A stretch of DNA of 64,000 nucleotides from a bacterium (lineage in GTDB: Bacteria; Zhuqueibacterota; Zhuqueibacteria; Residuimicrobiales; Krinioviventaceae). The translations under genes were made by a program, and so were the position numbers. Shown one piece after another: positions 21,714 to 31,070 of this stretch. How positions within the stretch are numbered: position 1 is the stretch's first letter; every line of letters starts with the position of its first letter. Where the stretch lies: NCBI GenBank assembly GCA_963693055.1, contig OY843751.1, positions 4,640,001-4,704,000 of the forward strand. The letters are read 5' to 3'. The notes beneath the pieces were generated by a model, which made no database searches, was not told the origin of the DNA, and was given only the letters and a program-made list of their open reading frames with translations.

Positions 21714-21809
21714 CTTTGCGCCCCTCGCGAATCCTTTGCGTTCCCTGCGTTGTGTTTTAAGATTAAAACACATAACGCAGAGGGTGCAGCGTGAGCAAAG
21801 GTCGCAAAG
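21714..21809. repeat. Long imperfect intergenic palindrome built from ctttgcg-like units
   Basis: ctttgcg...ctttgcg...ctgcgtt tgtgttttaa / ttaaaacaca aacgcag...gcaaag...cgcaaag. Confidence 0.6.
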
Positions 21810-21970
21810 TATTGAAATGAATTTAAACATTGCTTAAATTTTTTAATTATTGCTATCTTGATAGATTAAAATTCAATTATTAACATTGAATATATAAGTG
21901 ACTTTTACAATGGAACATATCTTTACGCCAATCATAAAATAAAATACTGAAAATCAGGGAGGAATGTCCG

Positions 21971-22336
21971 TTGCTGCTCAGAAAAATCCTGGCCATCTTT
22001 TTATTTATCTGCATGCTTTTAAATATTTCCTGCTATACCTATAAAAAAACCGCATATAATGAACATTACAAGCCCTATTACTGGCCGGCAACTTTTCATA
22101 AGGGACAAAAAGTTTTAATTACAACTCATGATGATCAAAAACATTTCTTTAGGATCAAATCTATAACAAAAGAATATATAGAAGGAAAAGATACCCGCGT
22201 TTATTATAAAGATATTAAAGATGTCAATACACGAAAATTCGATCTCAAGACTACGCTTTTACTGTCCCCCGTTTTTGCAATTGCTTTTACATTTGTTTAT
22301 TTCCAACTAAACCCCATAGACTTTGGGGAACTCTAA
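21971..22336 (+). CDS. Hypothetical small lipoprotein or membrane protein
   Basis: GGAGG RBS before TTG, signal peptide with ISC, C-terminal hydrophobic helix. Confidence 0.6.
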   Translation: MLLRKILAIFLFICMLLNISCYTYKKTAYNEHYKPYYWPATFHKGQKVLITTHDDQKHFFRIKSITKEYIEGKDTRVYYKDIKDVNTRKFDLKTTLLLSPVFAIAFTFVYFQLNPIDFGEL

Positions 22337-22414
22337 TGGATAATTCCAATTTGCAGAATAGCAAAATCCGGTCTACTTGAATACTATCCTGATCAGCAAA
22401 CCGGATTCCTAAAA

Positions 22415-24052
22415 TTATTCGTAAATTTTTAAAATGGGTATCAATGCAGGGTCAACATTGAACAACTGACGCGAATCACCTTTTTCCGCCACAAAGACGC
22501 GGATCTTGTGTCCCTTGTTGGTGGTAAATGTACGGATGCCGTCCTTGAACTCATATTTGATCTTGGGCGCTTTGACTTTTTCACCTTTTTCCGCCAGTAC
22601 TACATACATACCAAACCACATGGGTCCATCAGGGAATACATATTCATCATACTCGCGGGGACGTGGATGATAGCGTCCGCTCGAACAGGTATTGTCACGG
22701 TGTTTAAGCTCCAGCTCACAGGGTTCAATCTTTTCATTGCGGACTGTGAACGGAAACAGATGCAGGTCATAACCATATGCTTCCAGCACAATGTGTCCCG
22801 CTGCATTCTCTTTTTCCTGCCAGTCCCCGGAGATACCCATCCCAAAATCATCAATGGTTTCCAGATAGGTGGACATGTCCCCACGCCATTGCGTGAACTG
22901 CCAGTAGGTCGGTAAACGATTATACACACAAAAAGTTGAAGTTTCGATCTGGTCGGTAAATCCGTTTACCGGGGTAAAAGAGCCCTGCAAAAACGCCTCG
23001 GCACGCTCTTTTTCATTTTCACCAACCGCAACCATGCAATGGATCTGCTGTTCATAACAGTTGCCGCCGGTCATGCTGCCCATGCCCGCGTTCGGTAATT
23101 GATAGGTTTGATAGATAAAGGGATTGATAGCCGCTTTTCCTACTGCTTTAAAGGGATATTTACGGTGCTCATTGATCTTTACTGCTTTTGCCGGCGGTGT
23201 ATACCCGTCAATCGGATCTGTGACTACACCGGAACGGACATCATCATTGATGGTAAAGTTGCGGTAATCCCGGCTGATACCGGTTATAGGAATTTTTAAC
23301 ACCGGATGATTGAGCGCAGATTGCAGCAGATAGAGATGGTCCATTACTTCATGCACTTCGCGTTTAATTCGCTCATCGTGGATGCATTCGGCAATATTGG
23401 GCAAATGACGAAAGATCAAATGATTGTAATTGGGTGACGCAAACTCGTCCACGCCAAAAAACTGGATGTGATTATACCAGCGTGTCCATTGACTTTTTGC
23501 CATTTTTTGCAAACGGTAATCATCAAAGCGTTCGCCCGCCAGCGCAAAAGTCTCTACATAGAGAGCAAAAATATTGCTATAGGCAGTAAAATCCCTTCCA
23601 ATATCAAACACCTCGGTTTCCCATCGCCGTACCGCTGCTTCTGTCAGCCGGTTACATGCAATCATGAACTGCTTGCGCGTTTCAGAAGACATTTTACTTT
23701 GCTGTACCCACAGCAGATTAAAAAACCTGTCTGCGCTAAACAACGCATTGTTAAAATCCACTACTTTTTCACCGTTTTCCCATCTCCAACCCCATTGTCC
23801 AAAAGTAATGGATTCCGGATCGGGATCCTGTTTGGCGATATATTTTTCAAGAACAGCATCGGCTGTAACATGGTCAGTCACATCTTCCGAACGGTACAAA
23901 TACCATGCAAGCTCCCACGATACAGCATTGGGATCGGCTTTATAGTTTTGAATTTGGCTTTCAAAACGTGATTGCTCAGCCGGGGATAATGATTGTGCGG
24001 AAACATAAACAGAGGACAACAGTAAACAAGTCAACAACAGCAATTTCTTCAT
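22415..24052 (-). CDS. Secreted hypothetical protein, possibly an alpha-toroid carbohydrate-active enzyme
   Basis: 545-aa ORF with Sec signal; helical N-half with EFASPNY; no confident family. Confidence 0.7.
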   Translation of the reverse strand: MKKLLLLTCLLLSSVYVSAQSLSPAEQSRFESQIQNYKADPNAVSWELAWYLYRSEDVTDHVTADAVLEKYIAKQDPDPESITFGQWGWRWENGEKVVDFNNALFSADRFFNLLWVQQSKMSSETRKQFMIACNRLTEAAVRRWETEVFDIGRDFTAYSNIFALYVETFALAGERFDDYRLQKMAKSQWTRWYNHIQFFGVDEFASPNYNHLIFRHLPNIAECIHDERIKREVHEVMDHLYLLQSALNHPVLKIPITGISRDYRNFTINDDVRSGVVTDPIDGYTPPAKAVKINEHRKYPFKAVGKAAINPFIYQTYQLPNAGMGSMTGGNCYEQQIHCMVAVGENEKERAEAFLQGSFTPVNGFTDQIETSTFCVYNRLPTYWQFTQWRGDMSTYLETIDDFGMGISGDWQEKENAAGHIVLEAYGYDLHLFPFTVRNEKIEPCELELKHRDNTCSSGRYHPRPREYDEYVFPDGPMWFGMYVVLAEKGEKVKAPKIKYEFKDGIRTFTTNKGHKIRVFVAEKGDSRQLFNVDPALIPILKIYE

Positions 24053-24443
24053 ACCTAATCTCCCGATTTAACGTAAACAAGGACCATTCTGCGTATAATG
24101 TAATTACCAGATTACATTTCGAATTTTACTGCGTATAATATATAAATGTCTGTCCCCCAAATATCATATTGTATCGTAATGATAAAGCGAATAAATAGCA
24201 AGAAAATTATATTTAAAAGTTTCACCGGGATTTCTTTTTCATTCGGAAAATCATGGTACCTGATTCCTACCAACATGGCTGATTGTCGTAACTGTTCTAC
24301 CTATCAATAGGTTAGAATCCACCAACCGCTCCGCTTGTGGATACACCCGTGGGCAGACACGCGCAGATAAAAAGAGCAAAAGATTTTTCTTTTTATCTTC
24401 GTTCATCTGTGTTTATCTGTGGTTAATTTTCTTTACCAATGTG

Positions 24444-25442
24444 TCAACTAGATTTTTCCCAGTTATTACTTTCCGCACTGGCAAAAATCGCGTCAATGAC
24501 TTTCATATTATTGATGGCATCGTCAAAGGATACAGGTACCGGTGTATCATTCAGGATTGAATCCGAAAACTGTTCTGCCTGTATCTGGTACTGGTCCGCA
24601 GCATCAATTTTCAACTCCCGGGTTTCATCTTGCGTTACCAGCAAAACTTTTGCTGCTTGATCGGGAGGTACGTTCACCGGGATTTCAATCTCGATCCTGC
24701 CCGTTGTACCCACAATTTGCGCGCGCTGAAACGGCATCATTTGTGTTGAGCAGGTAAACACGGATGTAATACCTTTGGAAAAATCGAGTATCCCGGAGGT
24801 AATTCGATCCGTTTTCATTTCCGGATCCCTGTCGATGATCCCCATCACCCGCTCGGGTTCCTGACCAAAAATAAACCGCGGAAACGAAATGCAGTAACAA
24901 CCGATATCCATCAGGGCGCCGCCACCGATATCTGCCATATTGCGAATATTTTCCGGATCGTTATTAAAATATGAAAAATGGGACTGCACGGTCTTGACCT
25001 CGCCAATGGCCCCCGAGTCGGTCAGGGATTTTACCTTTTGCCATTGCGGATGAAAACGGTACATGAACGCTTCCATCACCTTGAGCTCGGGATGATTATT
25101 GATCTCCGCAGCAAGCAGTTCAGCATCCTGTACATTCAATCCTATGGGTTTCTCGCATAATACATGTTTGCCCGCCTGCATGGCCCTGATCGTCCAGGAT
25201 ACATGCAGATGATTGGGCAATGGGTTATAAATAGCATCGATATCCAGGTCCTCTAACAAGGCTTCATATGAGCCATATGCTTTTTCAATACCCAGCGTTT
25301 TTGCCGCAGCTTGCGCGGTTTCCGAATTACGAGAAGCAATCGCCGTCACCTCGCAATTGGATGCCTTTTGAATGGCAGGTATCACCTTTTGTGTACCGAT
25401 ATTCGCCGTGCTTAGAATTCCCCATCGTATTTTTTTTGACAT
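24444..25442 (-). CDS. Gfo/Idh/MocA family oxidoreductase
   Basis: WGILSTANIG, PLPNHLH, GKHVLCEKP, GGALMDIGCY. Confidence 0.92.
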   Translation of the reverse strand: MSKKIRWGILSTANIGTQKVIPAIQKASNCEVTAIASRNSETAQAAAKTLGIEKAYGSYEALLEDLDIDAIYNPLPNHLHVSWTIRAMQAGKHVLCEKPIGLNVQDAELLAAEINNHPELKVMEAFMYRFHPQWQKVKSLTDSGAIGEVKTVQSHFSYFNNDPENIRNMADIGGGALMDIGCYCISFPRFIFGQEPERVMGIIDRDPEMKTDRITSGILDFSKGITSVFTCSTQMMPFQRAQIVGTTGRIEIEIPVNVPPDQAAKVLLVTQDETRELKIDAADQYQIQAEQFSDSILNDTPVPVSFDDAINNMKVIDAIFASAESNNWEKSS

Positions 25443-25540
25443 TTGTCCTTCTCTCATTATGTGTGTTTTATTTAAAAATGAAACAGCAATATTGTAAGAA
25501 AAATTCATCTAACATTGAAATAACATTCTGCTCTTATATT

Positions 25541-25911
25541 AACCACAGATGCACGCAGATAAAATGTTATCTATTTTTACTTTGTTCATCCATACATTTC
25601 CCATCTGAGGGATGAAATCTATAAAAATTATTTCTTCGTGATCTTTGTGCGCTTTGTGGTAAAAATAAAAAACTATTGAACCACGAAGAAAAGAAGAACA
25701 CGAAGACAATCTACTTATAATCAGCTTTTATAAACTATCTTGTTAACTTTTCGCAGCTATTTTTTTAATGAGCCACAGATCATCACGGATAAACACGGAT
25801 CGAATGTGTTCATTTTTTTATTAAAATTTATTTACAAGTATTAATCATCTTTTTTAAATAATATCTATTTCTAAATTTATTTCTTTGCGCTCTTTGTGTG
25901 CTTCGTGGTTA
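25541..25911. repeat. Cluster of short ~9-bp-period inverted repeats (ccacagat/atctgtgg and cacgaag/cttcgtg types)
   Basis: aaccacagatgcacgcagat, cttcgtgatctttgtgcgctttgtggt vs aaccacgaag...cacgaag, gccacagatcatcacggataaacacggat; related copies at 24354-24424 and 39437-39507. Confidence 0.6.
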
Positions 25912-25918
25912 AAATAAA

Positions 25919-28867
25919 TTAATCCCCCTCACTCCACGCTACCCGTCCCTGTGCGTCCCAGGCGACGACCATCCAGTCGGCTGTTGACGCGGGCGGCAGG
26001 GCAATTTCGGTATGATGCTGTTTCGCTTCATCGGACATCTCGACCCGCTGCCAGTCGTCGGTGCCGAGCAAGCGGTACCACACCACAGCATGGGATTCCC
26101 GGTTGCTCTTTACATCCACGGTCAATACCTGAGCGGATTGCTCTCCTTTTGCCGCTACAATTTCAAGTAGGGATTTCTCTCCCAACTCTAGCGCCTGCTC
26201 AACAAATCCATCTGTAACCTGACGTGATAATCCCAGATCGCCGCCGTTTTCAGCAACGCGAGTGATCTCATGGCTAATTTCTGCCAACGCGGATTTGTCG
26301 TTTGCCAGACATCTCTGCAATAATCGGATGATCTGCCACTGTTCAATGCCTTCCCGCCAGGCTTCCCAACGACGTGAGGTAACTGGAGCATGATTGCCGT
26401 TATAGATCGCGCCACAGTCCGCGTAAAATGTTCCTCCTGAGAGCGGACCGTCATAGTCGTTCCAGGGATCTCCCCGCCACGAGTTGTAGGCCCAGTAGCA
26501 TACACCGTCAAGGTCCAGCATGGCTGCACGCCAGGGTTTGAGCAGGTAATAATCATAAGCCGATTGCGATTTCATCCGGGTGGCACAGGTATATCCATAT
26601 ATCGGTTCATCCATGCTTTTGTAAAGCGCCAGAATCTCTTTGCTGTTTTTATAATTTTGTAAAAATCCAAGGTCCGGAATCCACACATCAATCCAGGGTT
26701 CCAGACGTTTGATATCATTATATTTTTGCGTACCATCCATCACCAGACGCACATTGGGATCAATCTCGCGCATGAGCTTGCATCCCTCAATGGTATAATC
26801 CAGTTCCTCCATCAGGGCTTCATCCCATACCTGCACGCTATAATCGTCATAATCCAGACCCAGTTCTTTTAAATGCGCCAGCCAGTGACCATAGGTATAC
26901 CGAAACGCTTGGTCCCAGGCGTCACTACGATACTCGAACTTTAATTCTTTTTGAATTGCGGTGTTGAACGATTCCAACAGTCCGTACGAGAATAAAATCT
27001 CTCCGCCAGATTTCTCGGCGTATTTCATCTTTATACGGAGCAGCCGATCATAAGCGCTATAATCAATCTCGTTCAGGGCATTGCCGGAGTCGTCAAATTC
27101 CGGTATGGGAATACTGGTTGTCACCAGAAACCGGTTCACCTTGTGCTCGTACAGATCGCGGGCATAGGCGTCTTCGCTGGCATAGTCCCAGTTATAAACG
27201 GCAAAATCAGGACTCGTGCTCAGGCGCAATGGATCCACCTCTAGCTCAATAGCCACAGTCTTGGCTACTGCAGGACCTCCAAGCTCATGCGAGCCAATGG
27301 GCGTACAGCTCAATTGGCATTGGTATTTTCCCGGGGGCAGATCAAGCGCCGGGAACCGCATCCACACCTGTCGGCTCTCCCCTACCGGGATGTCCAGCCG
27401 GCTAGACACTCCCAGCGGCAGCAAGGGATCCGCCATTGTCGTGTCGGTCACCAGATCCTGCCAGTCCGCTACAAACAACTCGGGAGTAATGCCGAAAAAC
27501 TTGACTCGGGTACTGTCATTCTGTACCCATTCATAATCGGTACAGCTCACCCGCAAACGCATGGGTTTTGCGGTCAGGTTCGAGATAATGACATTGCTCT
27601 GTTCAATATCATTCACCAGGGATTTTAACTGAATGGATTCTACATCGCCAAAATCCGCAGGAAATTCTGCTTGTCCCAAATCATCCCAGTTGTTCTTTTG
27701 CCACAACACCCACTGCTTGTCATCCAGATCGGCTATTGCGGATTTGACCTTGTCATTCAGTTCCTGATATTGTGTCAAAGGCATGGCTTTACGGGATTTC
27801 ATGCTGCTTTCAATTGCAGTCTCTAAACTCTCTTTACTTGCAAGCGCCTTTTCCAATCCGGCTTCTAACTTGGATTTTAAAGCGCCATTGTTTAATTGTC
27901 CCGGTATTTCTTTTAACAACGCGTAAACATTTTGCAGTTTTTCCAAAGCCGGTGTATCACCCAAATCCGCCGGAAACACCGATCGCCAAACGATTTTCCC
28001 ATCCATCTCTGCGTTCAATACAATTTCTGTATCTTTCAGTCCCAGGGGATATTCCAACGCAAGCGGACGTTTCGCTCCCGCCTTCATCTCGACAGGTTTT
28101 CCATCCTGTCCACAGAGTTTAGCGGATTCATTCCCTGGTACATCCAGTAAAACTTTGGCAGTATTGTATCCCGGAACAGGAGCGTTAACCTGCAATTCTT
28201 TTTGAATGACCGGTTTCCTCGCAAAACGAATTTGTCCGAATCGTGTGGCATTGGTAAAGGTGCCGTATGTGGCATTCCAGGCAGATCGTTCAAATTCAAC
28301 CTTGCGTTGACGGGTAAAATTGATATTCCAAACATCGCCTTCTTTGGGTGCGCCATCCAAATCAGTCCAGGGAATAGCGACTTCAACACCCCATTGCTTT
28401 TTATCAGGATTCACAAATGTCTTTAAATCCAATTGAGGGTCCCAACCGGCATTTTTAAAACGAGAGTCACTGGTTACGCCTTTACTGTTTATCAGGACAT
28501 GATAAATGCTGATATCTCCCGGTTTCTGCATAAAGATTTCCACACAATCATCCCGCCACACATCCTTGTCCCGCTCGGTATGATCCACTACAAGTTTTTC
28601 CGGTTCCGGTTCGTCGCAGGTAAAGAATGCGTACAATGCATCGCTGTCGTAATACACCCGCACCTGGGTCTGTTCATTTGCGATTCCTGTTCCCATGTTC
28701 TCATAAAAGGGGAATATACGCGCGCAGGACTGCCATGCCTGCTCTTTCATCTCACCATCTACAACAGGTTTTTCATCCATTCCAATCTGCACAAAAGGCA
28801 CAGCGGCGTTCAACTGCAATACAACGCAACATACAAGTACAGCAACTGCAGCGGTCCTACGGAACAT
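25919..28867 (-). CDS. Secreted CBM9-like (DOMON) domain protein with C-terminal DUF4091/GH123-like TIM-barrel domain
   Basis: Signal peptide; DGEMKEQAW, DDCVEIF, VEVAIPW, INFTR (CBM9-like); WDEA, YWAYNSW, SRRWEAWREGIE (DUF4091-like). Confidence 0.7.
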   Translation of the reverse strand: MFRRTAAVAVLVCCVVLQLNAAVPFVQIGMDEKPVVDGEMKEQAWQSCARIFPFYENMGTGIANEQTQVRVYYDSDALYAFFTCDEPEPEKLVVDHTERDKDVWRDDCVEIFMQKPGDISIYHVLINSKGVTSDSRFKNAGWDPQLDLKTFVNPDKKQWGVEVAIPWTDLDGAPKEGDVWNINFTRQRKVEFERSAWNATYGTFTNATRFGQIRFARKPVIQKELQVNAPVPGYNTAKVLLDVPGNESAKLCGQDGKPVEMKAGAKRPLALEYPLGLKDTEIVLNAEMDGKIVWRSVFPADLGDTPALEKLQNVYALLKEIPGQLNNGALKSKLEAGLEKALASKESLETAIESSMKSRKAMPLTQYQELNDKVKSAIADLDDKQWVLWQKNNWDDLGQAEFPADFGDVESIQLKSLVNDIEQSNVIISNLTAKPMRLRVSCTDYEWVQNDSTRVKFFGITPELFVADWQDLVTDTTMADPLLPLGVSSRLDIPVGESRQVWMRFPALDLPPGKYQCQLSCTPIGSHELGGPAVAKTVAIELEVDPLRLSTSPDFAVYNWDYASEDAYARDLYEHKVNRFLVTTSIPIPEFDDSGNALNEIDYSAYDRLLRIKMKYAEKSGGEILFSYGLLESFNTAIQKELKFEYRSDAWDQAFRYTYGHWLAHLKELGLDYDDYSVQVWDEALMEELDYTIEGCKLMREIDPNVRLVMDGTQKYNDIKRLEPWIDVWIPDLGFLQNYKNSKEILALYKSMDEPIYGYTCATRMKSQSAYDYYLLKPWRAAMLDLDGVCYWAYNSWRGDPWNDYDGPLSGGTFYADCGAIYNGNHAPVTSRRWEAWREGIEQWQIIRLLQRCLANDKSALAEISHEITRVAENGGDLGLSRQVTDGFVEQALELGEKSLLEIVAAKGEQSAQVLTVDVKSNRESHAVVWYRLLGTDDWQRVEMSDEAKQHHTEIALPPASTADWMVVAWDAQGRVAWSEGD

Positions 28868-28895
28868 ATTTCTCTCCTAAAATATTGATTGAATA

Positions 28896-30227
28896 CACTA
28901 CTGTCCCAATATTAGTTGAATAAATTCAATTGGTTATCATTTTGTAAGCCATGAGTAAGATTATCATTGTTGCTAAGTAACTGTAAAATAGGAGTTCTTT
29001 GAAACATATTAACGCTTAATATTTGTAAAAAAGTGTAGAGCGGAATCGCAATATTCAAACGTTTCTTTATTATCGCTATAAGCACGTATATACATATTGC
29101 AATCCATATTTGCGATTTAACGGCATTGACTGAAGTGCCATAAAAGGACTTAATTTTTAGGTTTTGTTTTATCCATTTAAAAAACAATTCAATTTGCCAG
29201 CGGCATCTATATAGTTCAGGAATAGTTAATGCCGGCAAGTTAAAAATATTTGTCAACAAAACGAGCGTTCGTTTTTGATCAGTTATGTATATTTTAACGC
29301 GTCTGAGTCTTTCAGGATAATCTCGTGATGCATAGTAATTCACTAAAGAAACTGTTTGATCACATCGAAGACCTGTACTTTTATTAACCGGATGTGAATA
29401 GACCCTTTTAGCTTTAAGGTTCGACTTTGCCGGAATGACAAAAAAGGCTCCAGCTTGATGGAATCTATACAGACGCTCAAAATCTATGTAACCCTTGTCT
29501 AGCAAATATATGGCGCCAGGCTCAGGAATCAACATATCAAGAATGTTAACATCGTGGATTTTCCCTTCAGTTATCTCTATAAAAGTTGGTATGTTACCAC
29601 GAAGGTCCATTTGAGTATGCACTTTTATAGCACCTTTTGATTTTCTAAATCTGGCCCATGGAAATAAAGAAAGGCACAAGTCAATTGTTGTTGAATCTAA
29701 TGCGTAAACCATTTCTTTTAATTCAAGGCCGAATTTTTCATCACGATATAACTTGCGGGCCTGATTAATAAGTATTTGAGCAAATTCAGCATAGATGCGC
29801 CAGTCTCGATGTTCATTTGCATTAGCCAAAGTATTTCGAGCAACTATGCTGCGAAAACCCATGTGGTAAAGTAGTTTTCGTTGTGATCTTAAACAAGCTT
29901 CTATATCTCTCAAACTATCTCGGAAAGTGAGTTGGGCAAAAGCCATGCAATAAAATTGATCAAGACACGAGAAGGATTTAACTTTATACTCTCCTCTGTA
30001 TTTGTGGACGCAACGATGGAATGCCTTTAAAGGCAGGAATTCCATTATTTGAGAAAAAACAGTTTTCCCTTCGTGCATTTCGCCATTCCTCCGCCATTGT
30101 TTTGTTGTGATAGAATGGTGAAATGTAATAATTTAATTCAAATCGTTCCCGTTAAAAATGATAGCGTAAAGATATAATTAACAATTAAATACAATCACTA
30201 CTTTTCCCTAACGTTGGGACAGTAGTG
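28896..30227 (-). mobile_element. Complete IS4-family insertion sequence (1332 bp) with 9-bp TSD GATTGAATA
   Basis: Terminal IRs cactactgtcccaatattag and ctaacgttgggacagtagtg (18/20 match); TSD at 28887-28895 and 30228-30236. Confidence 0.95.
28912..30078 (-). CDS. IS4-family DDE transposase (DUF4372 + DDE_Tnp_1)
   Basis: LDSTTIDL, DKGY and YRCRWQIELFFKWIKQ (YREK signature). Confidence 0.95.
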   Translation of the reverse strand: MHEGKTVFSQIMEFLPLKAFHRCVHKYRGEYKVKSFSCLDQFYCMAFAQLTFRDSLRDIEACLRSQRKLLYHMGFRSIVARNTLANANEHRDWRIYAEFAQILINQARKLYRDEKFGLELKEMVYALDSTTIDLCLSLFPWARFRKSKGAIKVHTQMDLRGNIPTFIEITEGKIHDVNILDMLIPEPGAIYLLDKGYIDFERLYRFHQAGAFFVIPAKSNLKAKRVYSHPVNKSTGLRCDQTVSLVNYYASRDYPERLRRVKIYITDQKRTLVLLTNIFNLPALTIPELYRCRWQIELFFKWIKQNLKIKSFYGTSVNAVKSQIWIAICIYVLIAIIKKRLNIAIPLYTFLQILSVNMFQRTPILQLLSNNDNLTHGLQNDNQLNLFN

Positions 30228-30264
30228 GATTGAATAATAAAAAAATTGACAACCCTACGCTCTC

Positions 30265-30293
30265 ATAATATTGAATATTGTGTACAATTTCAA
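30265..30293 (-). promoter_or_regulatory. Putative sigma70 promoter, probably the native promoter of the CBM9 gene
   Basis: TTGAAA-N17-TATTAT on the minus strand, just outside the IS end. Confidence 0.5.
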
Positions 30294-30392
30294 GTAACAT
30301 TTTTACAGCAAAAGAACACAAATGAAACAAATTGTAATCAATTACCATGCGGTGATAGAAAAAAGATTATTTCCCTTGAATCGCAATCAATT

Positions 30393-30822
30393 CTCCGTCC
30401 CAAATTCCCAGGTTGTGTAAAAAACAAGAAAAATTGTTATGTTTTTGGAGTGCATCGCCTTTATGCGATGCGTCGGGCCGAAGGTCCGATTTAAACCCGC
30501 CTGTTTTTCAAATATTATAGATTTATTATTGTGATGTAAGTTCAATATTCTTATGCAAATATAATTGAGTAGAGGCCGTCTCCGACGACCCGCATTGCAT
30601 AAAGGTAATGCACTCCACGTCTTTTTTAAATTTTGCTCATAAATAACATTTATTTGTTTAAAATTTAATTCATTTTCACACAGTCTGTCCGATTTGGGAC
30701 GGAACTTGGACGCGAAGCTTTGCTTTGCAATTATCAATAAAAAAGAGATTTAAAAACTTTTAAATTTTCCCCAAGCATAACCTGGAACTAACCTTCCTGC
30801 CCAAATTCAATTTAGACAGGAG
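30393..30822. repeat. Composite repeat copy 1: REP-like palindrome interrupted by a ~279-bp MITE-like insert (30409-30687)
   Basis: ctccgtcccaaat [caggttgtgtaaaa...ttttcacacagtctg] gatttgggacggaact...gctttgc...ttcctgcccaaat; homologous to 39539-39964. Confidence 0.8.
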
Positions 30823-30852
30823 AGCAAAATCAATCAATTTGCACTCAACTAA

Positions 30853-30921
30853 TAGTCCCGTTAGGGACGAAATATTTTAAGAAACGTAAAAGAAAAATAT
30901 TCGCATGCCGTTAGGTATGCA
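30853..30921. repeat. REP-like doublet
   Basis: gtcccgttagggacgaaatatt...aatattcgcatgccgttaggtatgca: two small hairpins sharing ccgttagg. Confidence 0.5.
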
Positions 30922-31070
30922 ATAGTATTGTAATTTAATCGATTAATAAAAAACCCGAGTACCCTGCACATTATCTGCTTGAGTATTGAAAGATTTTTAT
31001 GTATCATTCAATACCCCCTTTTGGGAAAAACAGCACATTCTCTTTTGCAATAATCATATAGGATAGTTTT

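Noticed and set aside
30387-30737. ORFs 30387-30737 and 39569-39772 (also 30246-30494 and 39392-39637) that resemble each other
   Set aside because: The similarity comes from the shared non-coding repeat; starts and lengths differ and there is no protein motif.
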